Positions 47,246-57,866 of a DNA stretch of 64,000 nt are shown one piece after another (position 1 is the stretch's first letter; every line of letters starts with the position of its first letter). The position numbers and the translations under genes were made by a program. The DNA is taken from assembly GCA_963796105.1 (NCBI GenBank), contig CAWCKJ010000002.1, forward strand, positions 160,001 through 224,000, read 5' to 3'. This DNA is from a candidate division FCPU426 bacterium. Its GTDB lineage: Bacteria; Oederibacteriota; Muellerivitia; Muellerivitales; Muellerivitaceae. The notes beneath the pieces are model-generated. The model saw only the letters and a program-made list of their open reading frames with translations. It was not told the origin of the DNA and ran no database searches.

Positions 47246-50062
47246 TCACCTCGCGATCAAGTTGTAAAAAAGATACAAAACATTTCCGGCGCCCAGAACC
47301 GCCGTCACCCCCCAAGCCGACTTCAGGGTGAACTGCCAAGTCAATCGGGCGTAGGAGTTGTCGATCAGTATCTCAAACAGGAAAATGACCAGGGTAGCCG
47401 TCAGGGCGATCCAGGGGGAGAAGGCCGCGAAAAACAGGTAAACCAGGCCCAGCAGGAGGACATTCTCGTACCAGTGACCCACCTCGATCATGGCCAGCTG
47501 GGAGCCCGAGAATTCGGTGGTCAAGCCCTTCACCAGCTCCTGGTGCCCGTGGTGCGAGGTGGAAAGATCAAATGGGGACTTCCGCAGTTTGATGGTCAGG
47601 ATGAAGATGAAACCCAGGAAAATTCCCGGGAGGGTGTAGAGCAGGGGATGGACCGAGGTCATGAGGGAGCTCACGTGGAAGCTTTTGACCGATTGGTACA
47701 TTCCAAGGACCATCAAGAGAAGCATGGGCTCGTAAGCCATCATTTGCAGAAGCTCCCGCTCCGCTCCGATGTTGCTATAGGGAGAGTTGGGGGAATAGCC
47801 GGCCAAAACGAGGAAGATGGAGGCGACGGTCAGCGCGAAAACCACCAATAAAAGGTCGCCGCCCATGAAGAAGAGCGCACCCGTCAGGACCACGAACAGG
47901 AGGAAGCAGAATACATAATAGGCCTGGGCGTGATTGACGACGACAGTCCGTTTTTCCATGAGCTTCATCACGTCATAGAAGGGCTGAAGAAGCGGCGGTC
48001 CCACCCGGCCCTGCATGCGGGCGGTCACGATGCGGTCGAAACCAGCAAGGAGGCAGCCCAAGATGGGGGCGCCAACGATAAAGGCTATAAAGAGTGCCAA
48101 TTTTACCATTGGATCCATGGGAAGAGCCGGGGCTAGGCTTTGAACCAGGGGCTCCACACCGCCTCGATAGGAAAAAGCCATCCAAATCAAACCCAGGATC
48201 AAGCCCTGACAGCAGATCCTACCCACCAATGACAGGGTGGTTTCATTCAATATCGAACTCAGGTAGTAATTGCGCATTTCAACACCCATGGAACGGCCGA
48301 TGGCTCCCTTGAATTGGGAGCTTCCATTATTCAGGTTCGCCCCCGCCAAGTAGGAGGTCACCTCGGTTTCCTTCCGGGGGATGAACCGTAAAAGGGGAGG
48401 AAGGATCAGGAAAGAACCCAACATGATGAACATAATGGACATATTTCCCTGTGTGAGAGGTTCCATAACACCCGCGGGGGCTTGCAGATAAGGCATGATC
48501 ATGTAGAGGGAAATAAGGGGAAAAAGAGCGCAGGCGGCGATGGTCAAGACTGAAAGGGTTCCCAGGGAAGTCCACTCATCCCCGCTGAGGGCGCCTTTGG
48601 CCCTCTCCACGGTAGGCATGCTGATGAGCTTGCCCATCCATTTGGCCCAGAAAAAGAGGGTTGGTGCGCTTCCGAAAGCCAGGAGAATGGCCAGCATGGG
48701 ATTGCTTTGAATGAAGGCTTCCAAGCAGGCCCATTTGCTGATGAGCATTCCGAAGGGCGCCAGGAACATGCCCAAAATGCCCACCAGAAGGACGAAGGCC
48801 AATCCTGGGCGGGTGACTATCAAGCCATCCATGTCCTCAATATCCCTGCTTCCAATCTTATGCTCGACGGAACCGACCGCCTGGAATAAAAGGCCCTTGG
48901 CGATGGCATGGAAAATGATCAGAAGAATCGCGGCCCAAATGGCTTGGGGAGTCCCGACCCCGGCGCAGGCCACCACCAAGCCCAGATTGGCGATGGTGGA
49001 ATAGGCCAGGACGCGCTTGGCGTTGCTCTGGGTCACGGCCGCGAGGGAAGCGATCAGGAAGGTGACTCCGCCCACCATACCGAGGAAAAAGCCAACGCTC
49101 GGGTTTTTTTCCATCACGGGGGCGAACTTGACGATGATAAAGACGCCGGCTTTCACCATGGTGCTGGAATGAAGAAGGGCGGAAACGGGGGTGGGGGCCA
49201 CCATGGCTCCCAGGAGCCAGGAACTGAAGGGAAGCTGGGCGGATTTCGCAAGGCCCGCGAAACAGATCAAGACCGCGGGAAGAACCGCCACTAAGGCGCC
49301 CGTTTTGCCCAAAGTAATGACCAGATCCAGGGCTGGCGCCTGACTATTGGCTGATAAAAATAGAAGGGCTGCGGAAAAACCCAAGCCTCCTATCAAATTC
49401 AGGCCTAGGGCTTTGAAAGCATTGCGTTTAGCCTCTTCCTCCTCGGTGTAGCCAATCATGAGGTAGGAACAGAGGGTGGTTATTTCCCAGAAAAAGAAAA
49501 GCCAGCCTAGGTGGTTCGAGAATACCACCCCAAACATACCCGTGAGGAAGAAGAAAAGCTGGAAGAAAAAACCCCGGCGCTTGTCCTTGAGCTTGGGATG
49601 GTGTTCGTGGAAATCTTTCATATAAGCGATGGCGTAAACACAAATCAACCCACCGATGACACCGATAATGACCGCCATGATCAGGGAAAAATTATCGACA
49701 TAAAGCTCGTTCAGAACCGGCTGGGAGGGAAAACCGAGTTCGGTATAGGCTGTTACCCCGGCTTGCAAAACCAAAAGGACAGGAATCCAGGCTTCTTTAG
49801 GCCGGATGTCCTTGCAACAATATAGAAGGTAAAGGGTCAGGAGGAAGTCCCCGGCCAGGAGTGCCTTATCCGTCCAAGGCTGATCCACCCTGAAATAAGT
49901 GGTGGAAGGCCCCATGTATAGGTAGACCGTGGCCATTGAGGCGGCGATGATCGCCAATACGCTCAACCGGACCACCCAGGCTCGAAGCGTTTGGTTGGTT
50001 GTCACCAATAATATCAAGGCTGGAACCAGCGGGAATAAAATCAGGAAGCTTATTAGATTCAC
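47246..50062 (-). CDS. Fused EchA-EchB membrane subunit (NuoL-like + NuoH-like)
   Basis: N-part: FWEITT, KSAQLPF..WLLGAMVAPTPVSALLHSSTMVKAG; C-part from ~48109: DRIVTARMQGRVGPP, RKSPFDLSTSHHGHQELVKG. Confidence 0.92.
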   Translation of the reverse strand: MNLISFLILFPLVPALILLVTTNQTLRAWVVRLSVLAIIAASMATVYLYMGPSTTYFRVDQPWTDKALLAGDFLLTLYLLYCCKDIRPKEAWIPVLLVLQAGVTAYTELGFPSQPVLNELYVDNFSLIMAVIIGVIGGLICVYAIAYMKDFHEHHPKLKDKRRGFFFQLFFFLTGMFGVVFSNHLGWLFFFWEITTLCSYLMIGYTEEEEAKRNAFKALGLNLIGGLGFSAALLFLSANSQAPALDLVITLGKTGALVAVLPAVLICFAGLAKSAQLPFSSWLLGAMVAPTPVSALLHSSTMVKAGVFIIVKFAPVMEKNPSVGFFLGMVGGVTFLIASLAAVTQSNAKRVLAYSTIANLGLVVACAGVGTPQAIWAAILLIIFHAIAKGLLFQAVGSVEHKIGSRDIEDMDGLIVTRPGLAFVLLVGILGMFLAPFGMLISKWACLEAFIQSNPMLAILLAFGSAPTLFFWAKWMGKLISMPTVERAKGALSGDEWTSLGTLSVLTIAACALFPLISLYMIMPYLQAPAGVMEPLTQGNMSIMFIMLGSFLILPPLLRFIPRKETEVTSYLAGANLNNGSSQFKGAIGRSMGVEMRNYYLSSILNETTLSLVGRICCQGLILGLIWMAFSYRGGVEPLVQSLAPALPMDPMVKLALFIAFIVGAPILGCLLAGFDRIVTARMQGRVGPPLLQPFYDVMKLMEKRTVVVNHAQAYYVFCFLLFVVLTGALFFMGGDLLLVVFALTVASIFLVLAGYSPNSPYSNIGAERELLQMMAYEPMLLLMVLGMYQSVKSFHVSSLMTSVHPLLYTLPGIFLGFIFILTIKLRKSPFDLSTSHHGHQELVKGLTTEFSGSQLAMIEVGHWYENVLLLGLVYLFFAAFSPWIALTATLVIFLFEILIDNSYARLTWQFTLKSAWGVTAVLGAGNVLYLFYNLIAR

Positions 50063-50432
50063 GGGACCCCTCTTGGAAATGGGATTTATTAAGATGACCT
50101 TATTTTATGGCCAAGTTTAATTTTGATTATGACCCCCGTCACACAAAAAAAATATTTCAATTGGTTCAAATTAAACTTTTTGAAGAATCGGAACTTACGG
50201 ATTTGATTGAGTTCTGCCATATTCAATTTGTTCCTAATGTTGTCTTCGATTTTTTAAAAACCACGAGAATCGAAAAGATGAAAAAGCAGGCTATCGCCAC
50301 TTGGGGATCAATTGGCGGTATTCCTTCGTTTTTTAAAGGCCCCGCGTCCATTTTCCAGGTTGACCTCTTCACTTGAGTGTGGCAATCTCCTTCCGGCATT
50401 TTAGAAATTCATTACACCTGCCCGGAGGGAAC

Positions 50433-51059
50433 ATGTTCAACTTTCTGATTCCGAAGGAATACGGCTTTTTCGAGGTGTTTGATCAGCACGCGGCGGCCTT
50501 GGTGGAGGGCTCCCAGATTCTCGTGGATATGCTGGAACATTACCAGGAGGCGCCGGCCAAGGTCCGCCGCCTGAAAGAAGCCGAGCACAGGGCCGACGAG
50601 CTCACTCACCACACCATGGAAATGCTTCACAAGACCTTCATTACTCCCATTGACCGGGACCAGATCCACCAGCTCATTTCCCTCATGGATGACGTGATTG
50701 ACTTCACCGACGGGGCAGCCCGCCGAATGATGCTTTACGGCGTCACGGAAATACCACCCGAACTCATCGAGCTCGCGAAAATTCTCCACCGTTCCGTTTT
50801 AGAAGTCCAGAAGGCAGTTGCCGGCCTGAAGAATCTGAAACACGCGAGTCAAATACAGGCTTCCTGTATCGAGATCAACAAGTTGGAGAACGACGGCGAC
50901 GCCGTTAGGGACGCGGCCATCGCGAAACTTTTCAAGGAAGAGAAGGACGCGGTCAAGGTCCTTATCTGGAAGGAAATTTTCGAAAATATCGAGACGGCCG
51001 TGGACCGCTGTGAGGACGTGGCGAACATCATCGAGGGAGTGGTTCTGGAAAACGCCTAA
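50433..51059 (+). CDS. DUF47/PhoU-like PiT accessory protein
   Basis: EHRAD, LHKTFITPIDR, LENDGD, AVDRCEDVAN. Confidence 0.92.
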   Translation: MFNFLIPKEYGFFEVFDQHAAALVEGSQILVDMLEHYQEAPAKVRRLKEAEHRADELTHHTMEMLHKTFITPIDRDQIHQLISLMDDVIDFTDGAARRMMLYGVTEIPPELIELAKILHRSVLEVQKAVAGLKNLKHASQIQASCIEINKLENDGDAVRDAAIAKLFKEEKDAVKVLIWKEIFENIETAVDRCEDVANIIEGVVLENA

Positions 51060-51126
51060 ATCTTTCTTTTGAGATCGGATGAAATTTTAGGGGCCTGAAG
51101 GAATTATAAATATTGGGAGAGGTTCT

Positions 51127-52146
51127 TTGAATCCGGAAATGACGGTTATTGTCCTGGTCATTGTGGTCGCGCTGGCCTTCGACTTCCTGAATGGTTTTCA
51201 CGACGCGGCTAACGCAATCGCAACGGTTGTTTCCACAAGGGTTTTAAGCCCCGGTCAGGCCGTTGTCTGGGCCGCTATATTCAACTTCGGGGCCGCCTTT
51301 TTCGTGGGTACGCATGTGGCAAATACGGTTGGAAAAGGGCTGGTACAACCTTCCGGTATCACGGTTTTCGTCATCTTGGCCGCGCTCATCGGAGCCATTG
51401 TTTGGGACCTTATCACCTGGTATTACGGGCTACCCACCAGTTCCTCGCACGCCTTGATTGGGGGGTTTGGGGGAGCGGCGGTGGTTTACGCTGGCTGGAA
51501 AGTTCTCATCTTGGCGGGTTTCCAAAAAACAATTCTCTTTATCTTTATAGCGCCTTTTCTCGGCATATTTTTAGGTGCTTTCCTGATGACCATTGTTTTC
51601 AACTTGTTCCATAAGTTCACTCCTTCCGCTGTGGACAGCATATTCAGAATTGTCCAATATTTCTCCTCCGCAGCCTATTGCGTGAGCCATGGCGCCAACG
51701 ACTCCCAGAAGACCATGGGCATTATCGTGGCGCTTTTGGTGGCTTCCAACCAGGCTCAGTTGACCCACCGGGGAAACGGCCAGGATATCGCCTGGTGGAT
51801 TATCATTTGTTGTTACGCGGCCATGGGTTTGGGCACCATGTCGGGCGGGTGGAGAATCGTCAAGACGATGGGCCAAAAGATCACTAAGTTGAGGCCTGTG
51901 GGAGGCGCTTGCGCCGAGACTGGAGGGGCTCTTTCGATCTTTTTCGCGACTTATCTTGGAATCCCGGTTTCAACCACACACACCATCACGGGTTCCATCA
52001 TTGGAGTGGGAAGTGTCACTTCGATCTCCTCGGTAAAGTGGGGGGTGGCTGGCCGTATCGTCTGGGCCTGGATACTGACTATTCCCGCCAGCGCGCTCAT
52101 CGCGGCTTTTTTCGAGTGGATTTTTCTCTCAGCGGGTTGGAAATAA
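51127..52146 (+). CDS. PiT-family inorganic phosphate transporter
   Basis: NGFHDAANAIAT, PTSSSHA, HGANDSQK, PVSTTH. Confidence 0.95.
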   Translation: MNPEMTVIVLVIVVALAFDFLNGFHDAANAIATVVSTRVLSPGQAVVWAAIFNFGAAFFVGTHVANTVGKGLVQPSGITVFVILAALIGAIVWDLITWYYGLPTSSSHALIGGFGGAAVVYAGWKVLILAGFQKTILFIFIAPFLGIFLGAFLMTIVFNLFHKFTPSAVDSIFRIVQYFSSAAYCVSHGANDSQKTMGIIVALLVASNQAQLTHRGNGQDIAWWIIICCYAAMGLGTMSGGWRIVKTMGQKITKLRPVGGACAETGGALSIFFATYLGIPVSTTHTITGSIIGVGSVTSISSVKWGVAGRIVWAWILTIPASALIAAFFEWIFLSAGWK

Positions 52147-53358
52147 AAAGGGCTTGACAGCCTGTTCCCATTGTTTGTCCCAACCCAGCTTTTTGTTAAA
52201 TTTTCCATTAGTTGTTTTGAGGTTCGCGGGGATCGAATTATTGTTTTTTTCCGCGAGTTCCCGGCAGGTTTCCAATAATTTTCCGTTGATTTCCAGCCAG
52301 TCATAAGAGGCCGCTGTTTCGAGGGCCCCTTTTGATAAGTGTTCCCTGAGTCTTTGTCTTAGAAGCAAGGGTTCAATTTTCGAGGCGAAGTCGTGGGGAT
52401 TCTTGGGTTTGGAAAGATAACCATTCACTCCGGAATGGACCAAGTCCGCTGAACCGCCCTGATTCGCGGCGATGACCGGCAGGCCCGAGGAAAAAGCCTC
52501 CAGGATGACATTCCCGAAAGTTTCCGTGGTCGAGGGAAAAACAAACAAGTCCGAGGACGCGTAAAGTTCCGCCAAATCCCGGCCTTGGACGAAACCCAAA
52601 TAATGATCCTGGGGCAGTTTTTTTTCCAAAACGGACCTGTAAGGGCCGTCGCCCGCGAATACCAATTGGAACTTATGGCCTTTGGCCCTTAACAGGACCG
52701 CGGCATCCGACAAGACTTCCAGGTTTTTCTCGGAAACCATCCGGCCCACAAATAAAAGCAGAGGATCTTTCCCGCCTAATTTTTTTCTTAAACGATCACG
52801 CCTGAATTGGGGCGAGAACTTCCGCCGATCCACGCCCCTCGACCATAAGCGAACATTCTTGAAACCCCGGTTTTTAAGTTCCCGGACGGTTCCGGGCGTC
52901 GGCGCGAATGTCAATTTGTTGCGGTTGTAAAACCATTTCATCCATTTCCAACCCAAACTCTCGGCCCATCGCAGTCCGTAATAGGGGAAATAGTCCACAA
53001 AGTGCGTGTGATAACTCGCCACAGTGGGAAGATTCCTCCGCATGGCGTAGTTTTGACCGTACAGACACAGACCCGTGGGAGCCCCCACCTGGACAAGGTC
53101 AGGTTTAAACCGGTCCAGGACCTTGTCTAGTTTCGGCGGATAGGGTATTCCCAGCCGGTAATACCGGTAGAGAGGAAATGGCACGGAAGGAACCCAGACC
53201 ACCCTGCCTCTCCATGGCTCTTTTTCAGCGGGAAGTTTGGGCGCGATAAAAAGAAAATCCAAACCTTTATGGTTAAGGGTTTCCGCAAGGCGGGTGTAGG
53301 TACGGGCGACGCCGTCAGTGAGGGGAGGAAGGCTTTCCGTGAAGTAGGCGATTCTCAA
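52129..53358 (-). CDS. GT4 glycosyltransferase (glycolipid-synthase-like)
   Basis: RIAYFTES..P..DGVA, SYHTHF, WSRGVD, VGR...EKN, PSTTETFGNVILEA; TTG start after GGGAGG (alternative ATG 53370). Confidence 0.85.
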   Translation of the reverse strand: MRIAYFTESLPPLTDGVARTYTRLAETLNHKGLDFLFIAPKLPAEKEPWRGRVVWVPSVPFPLYRYYRLGIPYPPKLDKVLDRFKPDLVQVGAPTGLCLYGQNYAMRRNLPTVASYHTHFVDYFPYYGLRWAESLGWKWMKWFYNRNKLTFAPTPGTVRELKNRGFKNVRLWSRGVDRRKFSPQFRRDRLRKKLGGKDPLLLFVGRMVSEKNLEVLSDAAVLLRAKGHKFQLVFAGDGPYRSVLEKKLPQDHYLGFVQGRDLAELYASSDLFVFPSTTETFGNVILEAFSSGLPVIAANQGGSADLVHSGVNGYLSKPKNPHDFASKIEPLLLRQRLREHLSKGALETAASYDWLEINGKLLETCRELAEKNNNSIPANLKTTNGKFNKKLGWDKQWEQAVKPFLFPTR

Positions 53359-53429
53359 AAAACCTCCCATCCTGAGGTGGATGTGTACAGTTTCACGCCT
53401 TAAAAGATAGGGAACCTTCAACCGTGGGG

Positions 53430-53506
53430 AATGAACGGGGGGTTACGAGAAGGTTAAAATAAAAGGAATACCCTCCAATCAGCTGTTTATTCACATACTG
53501 TTAACA
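53430..53506. promoter_or_regulatory. Divergent pho-box-like 11-bp-period direct repeats
   Basis: Minus strand TTAACC-N5-GTAACC (53457-53441); plus strand TTCACA-N5-TTAACA (53490-53506). Confidence 0.5.
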
Positions 53507-53599
53507 CCATTTCGATTGCCTCCGAATCGTCAAAAAACCAAAATGAAGTCATCCCTGTAAACATACACGGAAGGGATTATTTCTTTGCGAGGTTGATTC

Positions 53600-56278
53600 A
53601 TGCGAAAAATCCTTTTGCTGCATTGCTTGATGTTGTTTTTATTTATCAGCGGGCCATCCGTGGCTGATGAGGATGACGGCGCCCCAGGCCTGGATGTGCC
53701 TGGTCAGGAGCAAAAACTCAACGCCGAATTGTGGCGGTTCGCCAAGAATACCAGCTATGAGGCCCTTCAAAAGGACCTGAAAGAAACCCAGGAGGAATCC
53801 AAAAAGAACATACCCGCAGAAGTACGGCTTCCCACAGGCTGGCGATTCACCCCAGCCGGAAACCAATTGGAGGCCGGCCGGTATCCCCTGGTCATTACCC
53901 CCTTCGCCGGAAACCTGGTGGTTTTGAACAACGGCTATTACGTGGAAACCAACCCGGAAGTTTCGGTCGTCAGCGGGGACGGATCACAGGTGCTGAAGAC
54001 CTTCACGGTTCCTTCCCTTTTTCCATCGGCCAAGGTCGGACCGGACGGAATTCTTTACATCAGCGGCGGATATGACCAGACCATCCGAGGTTACAACGAT
54101 AAATTCGAGGAGGTAAGGGATTTTACGGTCAACGGCTATAGCGCGGGCCTCGCCCCTGTGGGGAAGTCCCTCTTGGCCGTGGCTTATATGCTTATCGACA
54201 ACAACAAGGGAGGCTATAAAAGCCAGGGCCGATTGGCTCTGATCAACACCCAAACCGGGGAATTGAAGGATGAGTTGGACTGCGGAAGGATGCCTTACGC
54301 CCTCGAATACCAGGATGGAAAACTTTTCGCGAGCCTTCTTCAGGACGACAAGGTTGCGGTTTACTCTGCGCCGGGAAACCGGTTAAAACTATTGAGGAGC
54401 CTCCCGGTCGGGAAGAATCCCACCGCCTTCGCGGCCGACCCGAAGCGCCACCGCTTGTACGTGATAAACCAGAACTCGGATGAGATCAGCGTCCTGGACA
54501 CCCTGAAGGGCAAGAAAACAGCGACCTGGAACCTGCGCCAGGGGGGCTTCAAGTTTGGCGTCGCACCCACCTCGGGCTATGTCCTGGAAAACAGGCTTTT
54601 CGTGACCTTGTCCCGCTACAACGCTCTTGCAGTTTTGAATCTTAAAGACGGTCACGTAGAGGGTTTCATTCCCACAGGCTGGTATCCCACCTGCGTGACC
54701 GGATACGGTCAAAACCTTTATACCCTTAGCGCCAAAGGCATCCATGAGCGCCGTCCCAATGCCGCGGGCCCCCAGCCGACTAAGAAACGCGAGGAGCCGG
54801 GATATGTGCTGACTCTTTTAAAAGGCTCCGTAGGAACCATCCCACTTCCCGATCTTAACGGCAAACTCGGGGACTGGACCCAGGCGGTCACCCAAAGCTC
54901 CCCGATTTATAATCCGGCCCAGGGGTTTAACTTACCCATTAAATATATTTTCTACATCGTGAAAGAAAACCGGACTTATGACCAGGTCTTAGGCGACCTT
55001 GGCAAGGGAAACGGGGACAAGGACCTGACCATCTTTGGTAAAGAAGTCACTCCCAACCACCACCAGATGGCGGAGGAATTCGTTGATTTGGACAACTTTT
55101 TCGTGGACGGCGAGATCAGTGTACTCGGCCACAGCTACACTACCAGCGCCTATGCCAGCCCTTTCCTGGAATGGCTTGGCATGAACGATTACGCCGGGCG
55201 CCTCGGCGCCAAGGACGCCACCAACCCGCGCAAGAACGAGGATTTCTGGCCTTTTGGGACAGTGCCTTTCACATTTTCCCCTTCCTACATATGGGATTCA
55301 CTCGACTCCCGTAAGGTGGATTACCGTATTTATGGGGAGGACTATTATGTTTTTTGCAAACCCTACAAGATCATCGCGGACAAATTCGGGGAAGAGAATG
55401 AGTTGACCCGCAAGTGCTACGACCAGCTTATGGCCATTTCCAAGGACAAAAAAAGGGACTATGCCTTCAACCAATTGGTTTATCCATATCTGGGCCATAA
55501 TGACAGCCCCGAGAAAGCCGCTGAGCTTTTGGACAATCCCGATTTTCTCTCCAAATTCTCGGAATTTTATTCCGGGGGCCAGGAATTGGCAGTGGCCGTT
55601 GGGAAAGACCCGGGGTTCAAGGCTCAATGGGCTGATTTCCTCTACCATTACGCCTTTGATTTCGCGGGTTGGGACCTTAGCTATTCGGACTTGGGAAGGG
55701 TGGCCTGTTGGCAAAGGGATTTCCAGCGCCAATTGGACGGCCAAAGAGTCTTTCCCCTTCAATATATATGGCTCCCCAACGACCATACTGCGGGAATGGA
55801 TCCCAAGTCCTTGAATCCGAACCAGTTCCTGGCCCAAAACGATGCGGCGGTGGGGATCATTTTGGACACTATCTCCAAAAGCCCCGTTTGGAAGGACAGT
55901 TTGGTTTTCTGCATCGAGGATGACTCCCAGAACGGCCCGGACCACGTGGACGCCATGCGCTCTATCGCCTTCGCTGTGGGACCCAACGTGAAAAGGCAGT
56001 CCGTGGTGAGCGATCTTTACGACCAATTGGGTATGCTGAGGACGATGGAATTGATTTTGGGCTTGGAGCCCATGAACATGAACGACGGAATGGCCGCACC
56101 TATGTTTTCCATCTTCACGGACACACCGGACCTGAGTCCCTACAACCTGCCCCCGCCCTCACGCTACCTGACGGAGAAGGACCGGGAGATTTACGAATAC
56201 CTGCTCAAGCCGGTCAAGGCCAGGCCCTCAAAGGCGCCCACGGGATCAGAAGGTTACAACCCCACGACCGTCCGCTAA
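53600..56278 (+). CDS. Secreted YVTN/YncE beta-propeller + alkaline-phosphatase-superfamily phosphoesterase
   Basis: IPTGWYP, YIVKENRTYDQVLGD, TPNHH, WLPNDHT, EDDSQNGPDHVDA. Confidence 0.9.
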   Translation: MRKILLLHCLMLFLFISGPSVADEDDGAPGLDVPGQEQKLNAELWRFAKNTSYEALQKDLKETQEESKKNIPAEVRLPTGWRFTPAGNQLEAGRYPLVITPFAGNLVVLNNGYYVETNPEVSVVSGDGSQVLKTFTVPSLFPSAKVGPDGILYISGGYDQTIRGYNDKFEEVRDFTVNGYSAGLAPVGKSLLAVAYMLIDNNKGGYKSQGRLALINTQTGELKDELDCGRMPYALEYQDGKLFASLLQDDKVAVYSAPGNRLKLLRSLPVGKNPTAFAADPKRHRLYVINQNSDEISVLDTLKGKKTATWNLRQGGFKFGVAPTSGYVLENRLFVTLSRYNALAVLNLKDGHVEGFIPTGWYPTCVTGYGQNLYTLSAKGIHERRPNAAGPQPTKKREEPGYVLTLLKGSVGTIPLPDLNGKLGDWTQAVTQSSPIYNPAQGFNLPIKYIFYIVKENRTYDQVLGDLGKGNGDKDLTIFGKEVTPNHHQMAEEFVDLDNFFVDGEISVLGHSYTTSAYASPFLEWLGMNDYAGRLGAKDATNPRKNEDFWPFGTVPFTFSPSYIWDSLDSRKVDYRIYGEDYYVFCKPYKIIADKFGEENELTRKCYDQLMAISKDKKRDYAFNQLVYPYLGHNDSPEKAAELLDNPDFLSKFSEFYSGGQELAVAVGKDPGFKAQWADFLYHYAFDFAGWDLSYSDLGRVACWQRDFQRQLDGQRVFPLQYIWLPNDHTAGMDPKSLNPNQFLAQNDAAVGIILDTISKSPVWKDSLVFCIEDDSQNGPDHVDAMRSIAFAVGPNVKRQSVVSDLYDQLGMLRTMELILGLEPMNMNDGMAAPMFSIFTDTPDLSPYNLPPPSRYLTEKDREIYEYLLKPVKARPSKAPTGSEGYNPTTVR

Positions 56279-56309
56279 ATTAAGCTTTGCGCTTAAGACG
56301 GAGCCTGGT

Positions 56310-56702
56310 TTAAACCAGGGCCAATTCCACCCGCGTTTCCCCCTTAGAAAGCAGATCCAGGAGCTTTTTTCGGACGGTTTCACCTTGGCAAGGTTTGACG
56401 AAAGCGAAACCCGCCCCGAAGGTAAAACTGTTTTCAATGGGTTTGAGGGTAGCCATCCGGATCAGTGAGATGATCGGTATTGAATTTTTCGGGTATTTCC
56501 TGCGGACTTGATCCAGGAAAATCGAGGCGTGTAAACCATCTGCCAAAGGGTCGAGCAGTAGCGCGTCGGGCTTGAACAAACTGAACAGTTCCCAGGCTTT
56601 GTCTCCCCTGCTGCAAATCAAGACATTGAATTCCTTGGATAAAGCATCGCTCAACTTTCTCAGGTGGGCGACATCCGAATCAATCAGCATAATTTTTTTC
56701 AT
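56310..56702 (-). CDS. Single-domain response regulator (receiver, atypical)
   Basis: KKIMLIDSD, PDALLLD, FVKP; GGAGG RBS. Confidence 0.75.
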   Translation of the reverse strand: MKKIMLIDSDVAHLRKLSDALSKEFNVLICSRGDKAWELFSLFKPDALLLDPLADGLHASIFLDQVRRKYPKNSIPIISLIRMATLKPIENSFTFGAGFAFVKPCQGETVRKKLLDLLSKGETRVELALV

Positions 56703-56799
56703 TTTATCCTCCCCGTTCTTTGACGTTGAAAGGATAGGCAATGGAGGAAAGATTCGTTTAAAAGTCTGGTTAATTGGAGGTTAAATCATTTGAATAACA

Positions 56800-57735
56800 T
56801 TAAGCCGTCATGGTGCCTTCCGAGGAAAGATCCACCTCGTTTTCCAATTGTACCCGGGCCAATTCCAGGCGTTTCCTCCGTTCGGCAGTGAGTTTGGGGT
56901 ACTCCAGTCCCAGTGAGCATATGGTCCCGGTGAGAATGTCCGCTACCAGGGAGCGGGAAGCCCATTTGTGGTTGGAAGGGATGATGTGCCAGGGGGCCCA
57001 CTCGGTGGAGGTGGCGGCAAGGGCGTCCTCGTAGGCTCTCATATATTCGTCCCAATAGGCCCGCTCGGGCAGGTCGGAATCGGAAAATTTCCAATGCTTG
57101 GCTGGGTTGTTCAACCGATCCAGGAGCCGGCGGCGTTGCTCATCCTTGGAAATGTGCAGGTAAAACTTAAGGATGATGATGCCGTTGCGGGTCAGGTGCT
57201 TCTCGAAATGGTTGATGTCGCTGTAACGGTGTTTCCAAAGATTCTCGGTTTTCACCCCCGGTGGCAGTTTCTGGTTATCCAGGTGCTCCGGGTGGACCTT
57301 CACCACTAGGACGTCCTCGTAATAGGATCGGTTGAAGATGCCGATGCGCCCCCTCTGGGGCAGGTTCTTCATGTAGCGCCAAAGAAAATTGTGGTCCAGT
57401 TCGTCGGGGGTGGGTTTCTTGAAGTTGTGCACCATGCAGGCCTGGGGATTCAAACCCGACATCACGTGCCGGATGATTCCGTCCTTGCCCGCGGCGTCCA
57501 TGGCCTGCAAAATCACCAGGATGCCATAAGTGTCGGATGCCCATAAAAGGTTCTGGGCTTCCGCCAGGTTATCCAGGTTCCGTTTGAGGATCTTATGGGC
57601 GATTTTTCTTACCCTTTCCTCTCCAAACCGGTCCAAAAGGTCCTTGTGGGACGCCCAGCCAGGGTCGAGATCCTTTAGGTAAACCCGGCTTCCCGGTTTC
57701 ACGACGAATTTATTGACGAAGCTTTTTTGCATCAT
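56800..57735 (-). CDS. Polyphosphate kinase 2 family (class III-like)
   Basis: QAMDAAGKDG, FKKPT..E..HNFLWR, FNRSYYEDVL, KHWKFS..D..ER..W. Confidence 0.92.
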   Translation of the reverse strand: MMQKSFVNKFVVKPGSRVYLKDLDPGWASHKDLLDRFGEERVRKIAHKILKRNLDNLAEAQNLLWASDTYGILVILQAMDAAGKDGIIRHVMSGLNPQACMVHNFKKPTPDELDHNFLWRYMKNLPQRGRIGIFNRSYYEDVLVVKVHPEHLDNQKLPPGVKTENLWKHRYSDINHFEKHLTRNGIIILKFYLHISKDEQRRRLLDRLNNPAKHWKFSDSDLPERAYWDEYMRAYEDALAATSTEWAPWHIIPSNHKWASRSLVADILTGTICSLGLEYPKLTAERRKRLELARVQLENEVDLSSEGTMTA

Positions 57736-57866
57736 GAGAGAATCCCTTGGAATGAAGTCGGAACCATTATCTGGAAAAGAGAGGGTCCGAAAAGGCTGGA
57801 TTGAATTGTTTACGCAAAAGTAACAAGGTTTAAAAACCGTGATACTGCTGTAGGAAGGCCCTGAAT

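Noticed and set aside
50107..50376. 89-aa ORF between the ech and pit operons
   Set aside because: It lies in an AT-rich divergent promoter region with no RBS or recognisable homology; unsupported.
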